This document shows, piece by piece, positions 62,662-64,000 of a stretch of DNA of 64,000 bases (its first letter is position 1; each line of letters begins with the position of its first letter). A model generated the notes under the pieces. The model saw nothing but the letters and a program-made list of their open reading frames with translations, did no database searches and was not told the origin of the DNA. The position numbers and the translations under genes are program-made. The stretch spans positions 124,001 through 188,000 of the IMG/VR virus record IMGVR_UViG_3300024308_000016; one strand, written 5' to 3'.

Positions 62662-64000
62662 ATGCAAGAAGCTAACAATTTCGACTCCCTGGCTGCCAAG
62701 ATCACTCCTGACGTGATGGCTATCCCTGAGGGCTACCAAGTCCTGCGCAGGGCTGGGGATGTCGTGGAGTTCCGGCCCAACAAGATCGCTATCGCCTTGG
62801 CCAAGGCGTTCATCGCTGTGCGTGGCAAGGAAGCCTGTGCGTCGGACTCCGTGCGCGACATCATCGTCGAGTGCACCAACCAAGCTGTGAAGGCGTTGGT
62901 TCGCTCGCGTCCAGCTGGCGGCACCATCCATATCGAAGACATCCAAGACAATGTGGAGCTGGCGCTCATGCGTGGCGGCCACCAGGACGTGGCCCGTGCG
63001 TACGTGCTGTACCGGGAAAAGCAGCACCAAGCCCGCCAACTGGAAGTCAAGCCCGAAGAAGCGGCCAAGCAATTCATCAGCGTCGAAGACGATGGCGTCA
63101 AGCAGTCTTTGGCCTTTGCAGCTATCCGTGGCGTGGTGGTGCGTGCCTGTAAGGGTCGTCCTTCCACCGACTCCGAAGCTATCGTCCAGGAAACCATCAA
63201 GAACCTGTACGAAGGCATGCAGTTGTCGGAAGTGTACCGCGCCATGATCTTGGCTGCGCGCACTCGCATCGAGCTCGACCCCGAGTACACGTACGTGACG
63301 GCGGCTCTCCTGATGGATACCATCGTGCGTGACAACTTCTCCAGCACTCAGTACTCCAGCATGCAAGAGCTGTATGAAGGTGTGTTCGCCTCCAGTCTCA
63401 AGGAAGGCGTGGAACACGGCTTGCTTGATCCGCGTCTGCTGCAGTTCAACCTACCGCTGCTGGCTTCGAGCTTGAAGGCTGACCGTGATGGCAAGTTCGA
63501 CTACCTTGGTCTGCAGACGCTGTATGACCGCTACTTCCTGCACATCAACAAGCGTCGCATCGAACTGCCCCAGACGTTCTTCATGCGCGTGGCCATGGGT
63601 CTGGCCATCGAAGAGCCGGCCGATACCCGCGATGCCGCGGCTCGCACGTTCTACGACACGCTGTCGTCGTTCGACTTCATGAGCTCCACACCAACGCTGT
63701 TCAACGCCGGCACCATGCGGCCCCAGCTGTCGTCGTGTTACCTGACCACCATCCCCGATAGCCTGGAAGGCATCTACGACGGCATGAAGGAAAATGCGCT
63801 GCTGTCCAAGTATGCGGGCGGCCTGGGCAACGACTGGACCAATGTGCGGGCTATGGGCGCACACATCAAGGGCACCAACGGTGAATCCCAAGGCGTGGTG
63901 CCGTTTCTGAAGGTGGCCAATGATACTGCCGTTGCGGTGAACCAAGGCGGCAAGCGCAAGGGTGCCATGTGCGCGTATCTGGAAAGCTGGCACCTGGACA
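62662..64000 (+). CDS. nrdA: Class Ia ribonucleotide reductase alpha subunit with two ATP cones (partial; runs off the window)
   Basis: Absent from the ORF track because there is no stop in the window. My translation gives YQVLRRAGDVVEFRPNKI (ATP cone), FMSSTPTLFNAGT.RPQLSSCY and VNQGGKRKGAMCAYLE. Confidence 0.95.
   Translation, partial: MQEANNFDSLAAKITPDVMAIPEGYQVLRRAGDVVEFRPNKIAIALAKAFIAVRGKEACASDSVRDIIVECTNQAVKALVRSRPAGGTIHIEDIQDNVELALMRGGHQDVARAYVLYREKQHQARQLEVKPEEAAKQFISVEDDGVKQSLAFAAIRGVVVRACKGRPSTDSEAIVQETIKNLYEGMQLSEVYRAMILAARTRIELDPEYTYVTAALLMDTIVRDNFSSTQYSSMQELYEGVFASSLKEGVEHGLLDPRLLQFNLPLLASSLKADRDGKFDYLGLQTLYDRYFLHINKRRIELPQTFFMRVAMGLAIEEPADTRDAAARTFYDTLSSFDFMSSTPTLFNAGTMRPQLSSCYLTTIPDSLEGIYDGMKENALLSKYAGGLGNDWTNVRAMGAHIKGTNGESQGVVPFLKVANDTAVAVNQGGKRKGAMCAYLESWHLD

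Noticed and set aside
1-64000. tRNA, rRNA, group I/II introns, integrase or IS elements
   Set aside because: No cloverleaf, rRNA-like tract, interrupted gene or recombinase motif recognised by eye; tRNAscan-SE and Infernal would be needed to exclude them firmly

Overview
This 64-kb window is a segment of a high-GC phiKZ-like jumbo myophage genome (Chimalliviridae-type gene content; the chimallin gene itself is not in the window). The host is probably a high-GC proteobacterium, inferred from the double-ATP-cone NrdA. Gene order matches the phiKZ core block as I recall it. It starts with non-virion RNA polymerase beta and beta' subunits, then an SF2 helicase carrying an Ala1 class-3 intein, a DprA/SLOG-like protein, the virion RNAP beta' C-terminal subunit and the exonuclease half of a split family-B DNA polymerase. 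A long virion cluster follows (baseplate, inner-body and head ejection proteins). After that come a fibre cluster, a holin plus signal-peptide transglycosylase cassette and an accessory block (macro-like protein, Tmk, ThyA, histone-like protein, RlmN-like radical SAM enzyme). The window ends with DnaB, the major capsid protein and a truncated NrdA. The most notable items are four. (1) A probable P2 E/E'-type programmed -1 frameshift (GTTTTTTC plus a downstream stem, 15262-15309) that would fuse a tail/baseplate chaperone-like gene to the next ORF. (2) An RlmN-like enzyme that keeps the methyl-carrier Cys but has Tyr in place of the resolving Cys. (3) A 971-aa head protein made of two tandem homologous modules, each preceded by a T-X-E protease site and a hydrophobic helix, so probably a polyprotein. 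(4) A dispersed family of CATA...TATG-bracketed hairpins. No rRNA, tRNA or CRISPR array was recognised. All homology calls come from motif recognition by eye, not database searches, and phiKZ gp numbers are from recall.
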